64,000 bases of DNA, from the NCBI GenBank assembly GCA_049322215.1, contig JBMORU010000001.1:324023-388022 (forward strand). The letters run 5' to 3'. The position numbers and the translations under genes are program-made. This DNA is from Patescibacteria group bacterium. GTDB taxonomy: Bacteria > Patescibacteriota > WWE3 > UBA101185 > UBA10185. Within the stretch, counting starts at the first letter, position 1, and the number at the start of each line of letters is the position of its first letter. Below the pieces are notes generated by a model that ran no database searches, had not been told where the DNA came from, and saw only the letters and a list, made by a program, of their open reading frames with translations. Positions 47,409-57,466 of the stretch are shown here, one piece after another.

Positions 47409-48401
47409 ATGAATAGAGACATTGTAATTTCTATTAAAACTGTAATTTTCACTCTTCTATTATTTTTAGGCATATATGTTGTGTATTTAGTTGGCCCCTT
47501 TTTAGTGCTAGCTCTTATTTCTCTTATTCTTATGCTTGCATTAGAGCCTGCAATTAAATATTTAATGAATAAGCATTTTTTAAACAAACCAGTTTCAAGA
47601 TCACTAGCGGTTACCATAACTTATTCACTCTTTCTTTTAGCTGTAATTTTTATTTTAGCTACCGGGTTACCTCCTGTTTTGTCACAAGCCAGAAAATTGA
47701 TAGCAAATATTTCAGGAGCTTTAAGCGGAATTCCCGGTTTTGAGCAGTATAGTGATATTTCTTCAAGCATCTTGTCTCAAATTCCTCAAATATCTGATAA
47801 TGCACTTTCAGCTGTTTTTTCGTTTTTTTCAAATGTATTCGCTGCTATTACAGTAATTGTGTTAGCTGTTTATATGTCTTTAGATTGGCCAAACATTAAA
47901 GAACGCTTTTTACAGCTTTTTCCGTCCAAAATTAAAAAAGAGGTAGCTGCAGGTATTATTGAAGTGGAAAGCAATATTGGTAGTTGGATTAAAGGACAAC
48001 TACTATTAATGGTTTTTGTTGGATCTTTAAGCTTTATTGGGTTAGCCGCTATAGGAGTTGATTATCCTCTTGCTTTAGGGCTAATATCAGGTTTATTAGA
48101 AATAGTTCCATTGATTGGGCCCTTAATTTCAGCAGTTTTAGCTGGTGTGGTAGGGTTTTCTGAGTCCCCTTTGCAAGGATCCGCAGTAATAGGTTTATTT
48201 GTTTTAATTCAACAAATAGAAAATAATTTTTTGGTTCCTAAAATCATGCAAAAAGTTGTTGGTTTTAGCCCCTTAGTTATTTTAATAGCAGTATTAATTG
48301 GTAACGATGTTTTTGGATTTTTGGGTGCTCTTTTATCTATACCTGTAATGTTAATTGGAGTTGTTATTGTTAAAAGATTTTTGCATTATTCTGATTCGTA
48401 A
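47409..48401 (+). CDS. AI-2E family transporter
   Basis: Multi-TM; W..GQL, LE.VP.IGP, IQQ.EN..LVPKIM...VG.SP. Confidence 0.93.
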   Translation: MNRDIVISIKTVIFTLLLFLGIYVVYLVGPFLVLALISLILMLALEPAIKYLMNKHFLNKPVSRSLAVTITYSLFLLAVIFILATGLPPVLSQARKLIANISGALSGIPGFEQYSDISSSILSQIPQISDNALSAVFSFFSNVFAAITVIVLAVYMSLDWPNIKERFLQLFPSKIKKEVAAGIIEVESNIGSWIKGQLLLMVFVGSLSFIGLAAIGVDYPLALGLISGLLEIVPLIGPLISAVLAGVVGFSESPLQGSAVIGLFVLIQQIENNFLVPKIMQKVVGFSPLVILIAVLIGNDVFGFLGALLSIPVMLIGVVIVKRFLHYSDS

Positions 48402-48403
48402 TT

Positions 48404-48776
48404 GCAGGAGGCGTATAAGCCAGATTCTGTTTAAAGTGGCCATCTATCTTTGCCCCGTCTTTTTACCTTGTCGAGCAAACTTCATTCTACTGTGTAGAAA
48501 ACGGTAATGTCGCGGGTTGCTGCGGGTGGGATTGCCCGTTTCACTCCTTTTCCATACCTGAGATATTTTTAGCGATTAGCTAAATGCAATCATGTGGTTT
48601 AGGAAAAAGCTCGTCTCTGCTGCTCTCAAAGAATGTCAATTCATTCTCTGCCTTAATGCCTTTTCAAGCATTAAGTACCAGCTGTTGCCAGTCGGAGGTT
48701 ACCCTCCGTTCCCTTGCTCTATGCAGTCTGGACTTTCCTCTAGCTAAAGTTAGCCAGCGACCACACCGCCTCCTGC
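48404..48776 (-). ncRNA. rnpB: RNase P RNA
   Basis: P1 gcaggaggcg/cgcctcctgc; 5' GAGGAAAGUCCAG and 3' ACAGAAUCUGGCUUAU with covarying P4; GUGAAAC-GG-CAAUCCC; AGAUAGAUG. Confidence 0.95.
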
Positions 48777-48840
48777 GCTGTTAAGTATACCAGTCAAATG
48801 TTATTATGACAATCTTTGCTGCTTATGTTAAGATACTGTC

Positions 48841-49911
48841 ATGGTAGAATTGGATCCCGAAAAATATCACTCATTCAAGGTAAAAAACAAATTAGTTTAT
48901 TTAGTGGTAGTGCTGATTTTTGTGCTTTCGGGTTTGGTTGCTTCAATAAAATACTATGAGTTTGCTGTTAATCGTGCAGCACAAACCGTAGACGAAAGTA
49001 CATTTGATATAAAAAAGGGCGAAGGTATTAGTACTATATCTGAGAATTTGTTTTCTGCAGGTTTAATTAATTCTCCTAACATTTTCAAAATTTATCTTTA
49101 CTTGAATAACTTGTCTAGCAAAATTCAAGCGGGTGTTTATACAATACCCGCAGGTACTTCGGTGGTTGAACTTGCTGAGTTGTTTCAACATGGAACTAAC
49201 GATAAAAGTGTAACTTTAATTGAGGGTTGGCGTGTAGAAGAATTTGCTATTAAGCTTACTGATGAGTTTGAGAATATTGATTACGCCACTTTTGTTTCTC
49301 AAGCACGTCGTTATGAAGGTTATTTATTTCCTGATACTTATAGTTTTGCATCTGATGTAGGTGCTGTTGAAGTGTTAAACAAACTTGTTTCTACATTTGA
49401 AACAAAAACAGAGGATATTCTTACAGATGAAAATTTAGCTAAAGCGGGTTTAACCAAAGAGGAAGCTGTTATTTTTGCATCAATTCTTGAACGTGAAGTA
49501 AATACTAATGAGGATATGCCTATTGTGGCTGGAATACTTATTAAAAGATGGCGCAATGGAGAATTAATAGGTGCTGATGCTACAACCCAGTATGCGGTAG
49601 CTACAGTAGATACTGATTGCACGGCTGCTGACGACTTAACGGTGTGTCCTGGCGAAACGGAAGCTCGTGCTATAACTTGGTGGAAGTCAGACTTATATCA
49701 AACTGATTTGGCTTACGAAAGCCCTTACAATACAAGATTGCGTGCAGGTTTACCTCCTACACCAATATCAAATCCAGGATTAGCCTCCATTGAGGCGGTA
49801 ATAAACCACGTTCCTACGTCGTATAATTATTATTTAACAGATGCTGATGGTGTTACGCACTATGCAGAAACGCTTGAGCAGCATAATTTAAATATCTCTA
49901 CTTATCTTTAA
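48841..49911 (+). CDS. mltG: Endolytic transglycosylase MltG
   Basis: TM anchor, T.IEG.R.EE, EGYLFPDTY, ASI.ERE, SPYNT....GLPPTPI.NPG..SI.A. Confidence 0.95.
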   Translation: MVELDPEKYHSFKVKNKLVYLVVVLIFVLSGLVASIKYYEFAVNRAAQTVDESTFDIKKGEGISTISENLFSAGLINSPNIFKIYLYLNNLSSKIQAGVYTIPAGTSVVELAELFQHGTNDKSVTLIEGWRVEEFAIKLTDEFENIDYATFVSQARRYEGYLFPDTYSFASDVGAVEVLNKLVSTFETKTEDILTDENLAKAGLTKEEAVIFASILEREVNTNEDMPIVAGILIKRWRNGELIGADATTQYAVATVDTDCTAADDLTVCPGETEARAITWWKSDLYQTDLAYESPYNTRLRAGLPPTPISNPGLASIEAVINHVPTSYNYYLTDADGVTHYAETLEQHNLNISTYL

Positions 49912-50022
49912 TAGTATTTATAGTTAGCCAAATTTGTTTATGGTATTATTTACTAAGATGTTTTTTGGGAAATAAGTTAAAGTAAAATTTAATTTCCAAG
50001 AATAGCAACTTAGATAACTATT

Positions 50023-53000
50023 ATGAGAAAATTTGCAACTGTCTTTATTGTTTTATTAGGCGTTTTTGTTTACTCTTTGGGCTTATTGCCTCAAGGTTTA
50101 GTATCTGTGCCTTCTGCAAAAGGCCAAACTCTTACTCAAGGTCCTACCGTACATGTACACCCTCAAAACCCAAAGTATTTTGCGGATTCTAATGGGAATC
50201 CCTTATATTTAACAGGTTCACACACTTGGGCTTTATTACATCAACATCCTGATATTTCAGCGACCGACACGTCCGACGCGCATATGGCGGAGTTTTTAGA
50301 TACTGTGCAGGGTCATGGAAATAATTTTGTGAGATTTTGGTCTAACAGTTCTTATTTAGAATCAAAGCCATTCCCTTGGAAAAGAACTGGCCCAGGTACT
50401 GCTGCAGATGGACTTCCAAAATTTGACATGAAAAGTTTTGATAATAGCTATTTTACGAACTTACGTAAAAAAGTTGAAATGATAGAAAATAGAGGAATGT
50501 ATGCTTCGGTGATGCTGTTTGGCTCTTACAATGGGATTAAAAGTGACTGGGCAAATAATTCTGCTTGGTATCCAGGGAATAACATTAATCCTGAGTTGGC
50601 TTCTGCTTTTACCAATAGTAATCCACAGTCCTTTTTTACTACAAATTCAGCTGCTTTAGCTATACAAAAGTCATTAGTAAAACGAACAATTGATGAATTA
50701 AACCATTTGGACAACATAATGTGGGAAATTATGAATGAGCCAGATATGCCCCCAAGCGAAGTTTGGCATAATGAAATTATTGCCTATATTCGTGACTATG
50801 AAGCTACTAAACCAAAACAACATTTAATTGTAGCAACAACCGGCGGTGCTAGTGGCAATTTAAATAGCAGTTTATACAAAACAACAGCCGACGTAATTGC
50901 GCCTACAGTACGTGAGGTGAATTATAAAGATGGTGGCCCTGTGAATTACGACGCTAAATTAGTATTTGTTGATAGTGATCACTTATATGGGTATTCAAAA
51001 CTAGCCCAGAAACCCGATATATTAGATACACTATGGAAAAGTGTAACAAGAGGGAATCATTTCATATTTATGGACTCTTATGATACTGTCGATCCTGTTG
51101 GTAATGATGGTTTTGTAGATCCCGCTTGGAATGTTGTGCGAGACTCTATGGGAATTTCGAGAGAGTATTTAGGTAAAATGGATTTAGTCAAAGTTACGCC
51201 TAGCATTACTATATCTAGCACTGGTTATAGTTTAGTAAATCCTGGGAAGGAATATTTGGTATATCAACCTAGCAGTAAAGCTTTTACTGTTAATTTAACT
51301 GCTGGAGACTATGATTATGAATGGTTTAATACAAGTACCGCGAAAGCTTCGAATACAGGTACTATAACTGCTTCTGGTGGTAATTATAATTTCACTTCCC
51401 CTTTTGGTTATCCTGCCCTATTGTTTATAAAGGCTTCTACATCTACACCTCCTCCCCCTCCTGCTGACCCAGTGTGTGGGGACAACCAATGTAATGGGAA
51501 TGAAACATGTAGCACGTGTGCTTCGGACTGTGGTGTATGTGCTCCGCCACCATCTATTCCTCCTGCAGTAGGAAAGTTAGAAGCGGAGGATGCTGCCTTT
51601 GGGGATACATCCGCAGGCACCACTAAAATTTCTCAAGTACACACGGGATATAGCGGTAGTGGTTATATAGATATGAGTGACTTTCCAAACGGAAAAGACA
51701 GTTTTATTGAATGGACCATGGATGTAGCTACTGCCGGGAAATACAAATTAGACTTTAGCTATGCTTTAAATGGAACCACACGTTCTGTAGATCTTTTTAT
51801 AAATGGGCAAAATGTTGGCACTATAAACTTTACTTCAACAGGTTCTTGGACTTCAAGGGTAGAGATTGGGAATGAATATGATTTGCCTAAAGGCATTGTT
51901 AAGGTGCGCATACAGGCTACGGGTTTATATGGCGGGCCTGATGTAGATTACATGCGTGTAACCGAAGTTTCTGTGCTTCCTCCAGCACCCCCTATCTGTG
52001 GAGATAATGAGTGTAATAATGGTGCTGAGACCTGTGATACTTGTTCTGCGGATTGTGGTACTTGCCAAGATCCCACACCACCACCATCTAACACTGGTAA
52101 ACTCGAAGCTGAAGACGCCTCCTATGGAGACAATTACAAATTAGGTACTACTAAAGTGGCCACTGAGCATTCTGGTTACAGTGGTAGCGGTTTTGTTGAT
52201 ATAAGTGACTATCCTAATGGTAAAGGTGGTTATGTAGAATGGGAATTTAATGTAGAGAATGCGGGTACCTACAGCTTAGATATAGCCTATGCCCTGTATG
52301 GAGGTAAGAGGTATATGAATTTGATTGTTAACGGATCTTCGTTGGGAGAATTACCTTTTGCTAAAACTGGCGCGTGGGACAAATGGAGTATGGCAACAAA
52401 AGCTGTGGTGCTTAAGAATGGAACAAACACAGTACGTTTAGAAGGTACTCGAAGTAATGGCGGCCCTAATATAGATTATTTAAACACCCAATTACTAGTA
52501 TCTTCTAGCACTAAGTACGAAGCTGAAAATGCAGTTTTTGGAGATATTGTTGGTGGGGGTAAAACTAAGGTAGCAAAAGATTTTAATGGATATAGTGGCA
52601 CAGGGTTTATAGACTATAGTGATTTACCTGCCGGAACAGGCAGTTTTGTTGAATGGTCTGTAGATACTGGCGACGCAGGTGAATACCTTTTAAAGTTTGC
52701 ATATGCATTAGATTCGAAAAGTACTTGGATAGCTCCAAGCGGGGGTAGACCCTTAGACTTAACAGTAAACGGTAAACTAATTGAAAATATAACCTTTTTT
52801 GGAACCGGGAACTCTTGGGAAGCCTGGGATTCTTTAAGCACTATGGTGCCATTAAATGAAGGTACAAATAAAATTCGATTACAGGCAACCCACATGTCAG
52901 GAGGTCCCAATATGGATTATTTAGAGGTTACTCCCGTAAATGGGCTTCAGCCTACTGGGGGTGCCGCATCAGCTAACTCTTCTGAAGTTACGCTGTCTCC

Positions 53001-53586
53001 ATTTAGTAATAGTTCTTTAAACGCTGTAAACAACACAGTTGATTCTCAAGGTGATGAAGTACCTCAAAGTATTGAGCCTGTAACTTCTTCTGAATCCGAA
53101 TACGTTACTCCAACAGAATCTAATATGGTTTTTAGCACTAGTTTTGAAAAAGATCCAATGGGGGATTTCAGTACAAGCGGGAGACAGGCTGAATTTTCGT
53201 GGGCATCTGATACTGCACATACAGGGGGGCACTCATTAAAAACTGTAGTAAAAGACAGTAGATATTATGGAAGTTGGACAAGCAAACGCACTTATGTACA
53301 AGCTGAGGCTAATCAAACATATGATCTTTCACTATGGTTAAAAGGAGTAAACGTAACCGATGGGATGACTGTAACAATGAGCTATTACGGGGGTTTATCA
53401 GGCACACAATATTTAGGTAGATTTGAAACTACTGTGCCTTCTTCTAAGGTTACTCCCTCATGGAGTCAAACGGCTGTTCAAGGCGCAGCTCCAGAAAACA
53501 CAACATATATACGTGTGTCTATTAGTCTTAAAGGTTCTGGAACCTTATGGGTGGATGATTTAGAGGTGCAAAAGGTTTTGCCCTAA
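50023..53586 (+). CDS. Secreted multi-domain glycoside-hydrolase-like protein (TIM-barrel domain, collagen-binding-like beta domain, 3x CBM35/CBM6-like, C-terminal CBM4_9-like)
   Basis: Signal peptide; YLTGSHTW and WEIMNEP; three (L/Y)EAE..GYSG.G(Y/F).D...GP..DY modules; two CGD..C...ETC..C..DCG.C motifs. Confidence 0.85.
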   Translation: MRKFATVFIVLLGVFVYSLGLLPQGLVSVPSAKGQTLTQGPTVHVHPQNPKYFADSNGNPLYLTGSHTWALLHQHPDISATDTSDAHMAEFLDTVQGHGNNFVRFWSNSSYLESKPFPWKRTGPGTAADGLPKFDMKSFDNSYFTNLRKKVEMIENRGMYASVMLFGSYNGIKSDWANNSAWYPGNNINPELASAFTNSNPQSFFTTNSAALAIQKSLVKRTIDELNHLDNIMWEIMNEPDMPPSEVWHNEIIAYIRDYEATKPKQHLIVATTGGASGNLNSSLYKTTADVIAPTVREVNYKDGGPVNYDAKLVFVDSDHLYGYSKLAQKPDILDTLWKSVTRGNHFIFMDSYDTVDPVGNDGFVDPAWNVVRDSMGISREYLGKMDLVKVTPSITISSTGYSLVNPGKEYLVYQPSSKAFTVNLTAGDYDYEWFNTSTAKASNTGTITASGGNYNFTSPFGYPALLFIKASTSTPPPPPADPVCGDNQCNGNETCSTCASDCGVCAPPPSIPPAVGKLEAEDAAFGDTSAGTTKISQVHTGYSGSGYIDMSDFPNGKDSFIEWTMDVATAGKYKLDFSYALNGTTRSVDLFINGQNVGTINFTSTGSWTSRVEIGNEYDLPKGIVKVRIQATGLYGGPDVDYMRVTEVSVLPPAPPICGDNECNNGAETCDTCSADCGTCQDPTPPPSNTGKLEAEDASYGDNYKLGTTKVATEHSGYSGSGFVDISDYPNGKGGYVEWEFNVENAGTYSLDIAYALYGGKRYMNLIVNGSSLGELPFAKTGAWDKWSMATKAVVLKNGTNTVRLEGTRSNGGPNIDYLNTQLLVSSSTKYEAENAVFGDIVGGGKTKVAKDFNGYSGTGFIDYSDLPAGTGSFVEWSVDTGDAGEYLLKFAYALDSKSTWIAPSGGRPLDLTVNGKLIENITFFGTGNSWEAWDSLSTMVPLNEGTNKIRLQATHMSGGPNMDYLEVTPVNGLQPTGGAASANSSEVTLSPFSNSSLNAVNNTVDSQGDEVPQSIEPVTSSESEYVTPTESNMVFSTSFEKDPMGDFSTSGRQAEFSWASDTAHTGGHSLKTVVKDSRYYGSWTSKRTYVQAEANQTYDLSLWLKGVNVTDGMTVTMSYYGGLSGTQYLGRFETTVPSSKVTPSWSQTAVQGAAPENTTYIRVSISLKGSGTLWVDDLEVQKVLP

Positions 53587-54011
53587 GCTTTCTCAACTAT
53601 TTCTTTGGTAACTTTTATAGCTTCTCTATCTAAAACTTCTTGTTCAACAAAAATATCAGAGTCAAACCTAATTGCCAACGCAACGGCATCTGTAACTCGT
53701 GCGTCCACGTCAAGTTCCATTTGACCTAGTTTTAAACGCACATGTGCGTAATAAATATCTTCTTTACTGTAGTAAATCACTGCTGATGTAATTGAGGCTC
53801 CCATAGAGCTTATTAATCGCCTAGTTGTATCATGAATATGCGGTCTGGCGCAGGGTATAGCGTGTTCTGCCATAGTAAGAGCTTTTGCAGAGTCACTTTC
53901 AATATTTATTGGTAATAGTATGTTAGATTGTTCGTCAAACAGATAAACAGTGTATTCTGCTGCGTTGTTTGGGTCAGGAACTATAGCTTTTATAAGCACC
54001 TGTTTTAACAT
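53583..54011 (-). CDS. Bifunctional nuclease family protein (DUF151)
   Basis: LPI.I....A..L......RP..HD, YA...L......DAR..DA.ALA.R....I.V. Confidence 0.88.
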   Translation of the reverse strand: MLKQVLIKAIVPDPNNAAEYTVYLFDEQSNILLPINIESDSAKALTMAEHAIPCARPHIHDTTRRLISSMGASITSAVIYYSKEDIYYAHVRLKLGQMELDVDARVTDAVALAIRFDSDIFVEQEVLDREAIKVTKEIVEKA

Positions 54012-54092
54012 TTTATTGCTAGAGCAGAATTACAATAGTAATATAACATATCTTGGCTGAATACCTTATAAGTATGTATAATGGTTTTGCTT

Positions 54093-54542
54093 ATGGAAAA
54101 TCTTAACCTGCCCAATTCTCAATTGTCGAAAATTCAAGGCTTAAAGGGCAAAAAATTGATTATTTTCTTATTATCTATTTTTGTGATTTTTGCATCAGTT
54201 GGCGCTGGTGTGGGTTTTGTAATTGTAAAAGATGACAAGCCCGCGCAATCTGCAGATAATAATACTGCGCAGGACGTTCCCATAAATGTGACCCAGGAGA
54301 TTATGTACAAAGGACGTATAACTTTTGTAGAGCCTTTGCTTTATCCAGAAGACGAGATATCATTTGCTTTGGTGAACTCTTCCAGTGAGCGAATTATTTT
54401 ACTCAAGGCCTTTGATCAAAAGTTAGAAGTTGCAGAGGGACATTTTGCAGAAGTTTACGGTAAACTTATAAAGACAAAAAATGGTAAGGAAGATGTATTA
54501 TTAGTAAATAAAGTTGTAATTGCTAATCAGTTATCTAAATGA
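54093..54542 (+). CDS. Membrane-anchored hypothetical protein (possible OB-like domain)
   Basis: N-terminal TM; first gene of the ftsEX operon. Confidence 0.7.
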   Translation: MENLNLPNSQLSKIQGLKGKKLIIFLLSIFVIFASVGAGVGFVIVKDDKPAQSADNNTAQDVPINVTQEIMYKGRITFVEPLLYPEDEISFALVNSSSERIILLKAFDQKLEVAEGHFAEVYGKLIKTKNGKEDVLLVNKVVIANQLSK

Positions 54543-54543
54543 T

Positions 54544-55230
54544 ATGTCACTATTAAAATTTGAGAATGTAAAAAAAGAATATCCTACCGGAGTTATCGCA
54601 TTAGATACAGTAAACTTGACTGTTGAACCAGGTGATTTTGTTTTTTTGGTTGGACATTCTGGTGCTGGTAAATCTACCTTGGTTAAGTTGCTTATAAGAG
54701 AAATTTTACCTTCTTCAGGAGATATAAAAATTGATGGACAAAGTATTGTTGAACTTTCTAAAGATATGTTACCAACATTACGTCGTAAGGTAGGTGTAGT
54801 ATTTCAAGATTTCAAAGTCTTAAATTCAAAAACAGTTTTTGAAAATGTGGCTATAGCCTTAGAAGTTGTCGATACCCCCTGGCATGAAATAAAAGAGGTT
54901 GTTCCTAATGTTTTGGCTCTTGTGGGTTTAGCAGATAAGGCCGAAAGGTTTCCTGATCAGCTGTCGGGTGGTGAGCTACAAAGATTATCTATTGCCCGTG
55001 CTTTAGCACATGAACCCTTACTTTTGGTTGCCGATGAACCGACAGGCATGATAGATCCAAAAGCATCTGAAGAAGTAATGCAAATTCTTGAAAAAATAAA
55101 TGATTTAGGTACCACTATAATAATGGCTACACATGATCAAGCAATTGTAGACAAAATGAAAAAGCGAGTACTACGCTTAGAAAAAGGGCGTTTAAGTTCG
55201 GATAAGCAAGGAGGTAAGTACCATGCATAA
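54544..55230 (+). CDS. ftsE: Cell division ATP-binding protein FtsE
   Basis: GHSGAGKST, LRRK.GVVFQDFK.L..KTV.ENVA, LSGGE.QR..IARA, ADEPTG. Confidence 0.95.
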   Translation: MSLLKFENVKKEYPTGVIALDTVNLTVEPGDFVFLVGHSGAGKSTLVKLLIREILPSSGDIKIDGQSIVELSKDMLPTLRRKVGVVFQDFKVLNSKTVFENVAIALEVVDTPWHEIKEVVPNVLALVGLADKAERFPDQLSGGELQRLSIARALAHEPLLLVADEPTGMIDPKASEEVMQILEKINDLGTTIIMATHDQAIVDKMKKRVLRLEKGRLSSDKQGGKYHA

Positions 55231-56131
55231 AACTTGGACAGCTTTTACAACAACTTTAAGACGTGAAAAATTACTTAGCCTTACAAATATTTCTGCTATG
55301 ACTGTTACGTTTTTCTTTTTAGGGATTTTTGTTACTGTTGGTGTTATTTCCCAAACAGCTATTACCCTTCTTGAAGATCAAGCGCAAACAACAATATTTT
55401 TTAAAGACGATTTCCCTGAAAATTCTATAATTAATCTAAAAGAAACATTAGAGTCTGATGCGCGCATTTCTTCAGTTGTTTATATATCAAAACAAGACGC
55501 ATTTAATATTTTTAAAGAAATCAACAAAGATGATCCAATTTTGTTAGAAGCTATCACTCCTGATATTCTTCCTGCAAGCCTAGAAATAAAAACAGAAGAT
55601 ATTAACGACCTTTCAATAGTTGCTGGTGAATTTGAGAGCTTAGATGGTGTAGAAGAGGTTAAATTTTTTGAAGATGTAATTTCTCGATTTAGAAATTGGA
55701 CTCAAACCATTTATGCTTATGGAATTATTTTAATGGCTATGTTTTTCTTAATTTCTTATTCCGTTGTGGTTGTGACTCTGCGAATGACAATTAACTCAAA
55801 AGGTGCTGAGTTAGAAATTATGAAGTTAGTTGGTGCTTCAGATTCTTATGTTAAGTCACCTTTGCTGTTACAGGGAGTGTTTTTCGGCTTTGTATCTGCC
55901 ATTGCGTCCTCAGTACTTTTGTTAATTGTATATTTATTGTATTTTGAGTTTAATGTGTTTAATATTTCAGGTTTGATTGGGTTATCAAATTATTCTGTTA
56001 CTGTACTTAGAGGTGTTACTGTTACTCAGTATGTTTATTTAGGTATTTTATCGTTGGTCTTAGTTATATCAGGTGTTATTTTGGGATATTTGGGAAGTTG
56101 GACTGCTGTTAGAAAATACTTAAAGTATTAA
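55223..56131 (+). CDS. ftsX: Cell division permease FtsX
   Basis: 4-TM layout, YISK..A, LPASLE, E.EIMKLVGA...Y...P...QG. Confidence 0.93.
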   Translation: MHKTWTAFTTTLRREKLLSLTNISAMTVTFFFLGIFVTVGVISQTAITLLEDQAQTTIFFKDDFPENSIINLKETLESDARISSVVYISKQDAFNIFKEINKDDPILLEAITPDILPASLEIKTEDINDLSIVAGEFESLDGVEEVKFFEDVISRFRNWTQTIYAYGIILMAMFFLISYSVVVVTLRMTINSKGAELEIMKLVGASDSYVKSPLLLQGVFFGFVSAIASSVLLLIVYLLYFEFNVFNISGLIGLSNYSVTVLRGVTVTQYVYLGILSLVLVISGVILGYLGSWTAVRKYLKY

Positions 56132-56133
56132 GT

Positions 56134-57411
56134 ATGAAAAAACTATTATTTATATTTTTGCCCTTTTTAATTTTTACCCTTTTGTATTTTGGAGGGGAAT
56201 TTGTTGTTCATGCTCATCCCGAAGGGTTTTTAAGCCACATAGGGGGCACTGAGTCTGAAGATGCTCCGGTAAAAGATGAATCTACTAAAGCAGCCGAAGA
56301 AGCTCAAAAGGAATATGAAGAAAAAGTTGAGGAGCTTGAAGAAAAAATAGAAGAATATGAAGATAAAATAGATAATTTGCATAACGAAGCTTCCTCATTA
56401 TCTAAAGAAATCGAGCTGACTGACAGCCAAATTGGCTTAACTACATTAAGGATTCAAAGTACTCAAACCGAAATAAATCAAAAAGAACATGCCATAACCA
56501 ATTTGGCAGAAGATATAGATGAATTGAAGCTTCGTATAGAAAAACTTAAAGATAATATGGATTACCAGCAAGTTGTACTTTCTGAAAGACTACGCGCTCG
56601 TTACAAAGTTGTAGATAATTCTTTTGTTTTGGTTTTATTTGGCTCGGATGATTTATCGAGTGCTATACAAAAATCGGAATACTTAAAAATAATGAGTCGG
56701 TATGATCAAAAACTTCTGGATCAAATGCGTGAAACAAAAGAAGCTTTTGGTTTGCAACGCGACATTTTCGAAGAAAAAAAGCAGCAAGAAGAGAGTTTAA
56801 AAGCACAAATTGAGCAACAAAAACAAGAATTAGAAGTTTATAAAGTACAACTTGATCGTCAAAAAGAAGATAAAGAAGATTTACTAGAGGAAACACAAAA
56901 TGATGAGCAGAAGTATCAGCAACTACTGGCTCAAGTTCAGTCCGAGTTAGCTGCGCTTCAATTGGCAATAGACTTGCCCGAAGGAGAAGGTGAAAAAGTT
57001 AAGGAGGGGGATATTATTGGACTAATGGGTAATACCGGCTGCTCCTCTGATGCCCACTTACATTTTGGTTATGTGAAGAATGGGACTGCCCGCGACCCAC
57101 TGTCTCAACTGGACTCTGGTAACATAGCTTGGCCCGTGGACAACCCTAGAATTACGCAGGGTTTTGGGGCGAACTATACTTTTTACATGAATAATTTTGG
57201 TATTCCTGGTCACGATGCTTTAGATTTGGTTTCAGGTCAATGTTATGGGTCTGCATGTGCTGGTGCCCCCATCAGGGCAGCTAAAGATGGCGAGCTATAC
57301 TATGCCAAAGACGCTAAAGTTTACTGCCCACGGTTAAATAACTCCATTGGAAAAGGCGCGATAATCGACCATGGTGACGGAGAACGCACCATTTACTGGC
57401 ATCTACAGTAA
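56134..57411 (+). CDS. Coiled-coil + M23 peptidase (EnvC/CwlO-like position), circularly permuted catalytic domain
   Basis: Signal/TM, long coiled coil, then VK.GD.IG.MG.TG.S...HLHF placed before WPV..ITQ.FG...HDALD...H..G..T.Y.HL. Confidence 0.88.
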   Translation: MKKLLFIFLPFLIFTLLYFGGEFVVHAHPEGFLSHIGGTESEDAPVKDESTKAAEEAQKEYEEKVEELEEKIEEYEDKIDNLHNEASSLSKEIELTDSQIGLTTLRIQSTQTEINQKEHAITNLAEDIDELKLRIEKLKDNMDYQQVVLSERLRARYKVVDNSFVLVLFGSDDLSSAIQKSEYLKIMSRYDQKLLDQMRETKEAFGLQRDIFEEKKQQEESLKAQIEQQKQELEVYKVQLDRQKEDKEDLLEETQNDEQKYQQLLAQVQSELAALQLAIDLPEGEGEKVKEGDIIGLMGNTGCSSDAHLHFGYVKNGTARDPLSQLDSGNIAWPVDNPRITQGFGANYTFYMNNFGIPGHDALDLVSGQCYGSACAGAPIRAAKDGELYYAKDAKVYCPRLNNSIGKGAIIDHGDGERTIYWHLQ

Positions 57412-57466
57412 TTCTATTTTTATTAGAGTTTAAACACTTTTTCTTTTTTTTACTCTTAGTTACTCT

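Noticed and set aside
48584-48784. 66-aa plus-strand ORF
   Set aside because: It is antisense to the RNase P RNA gene and has no protein motif
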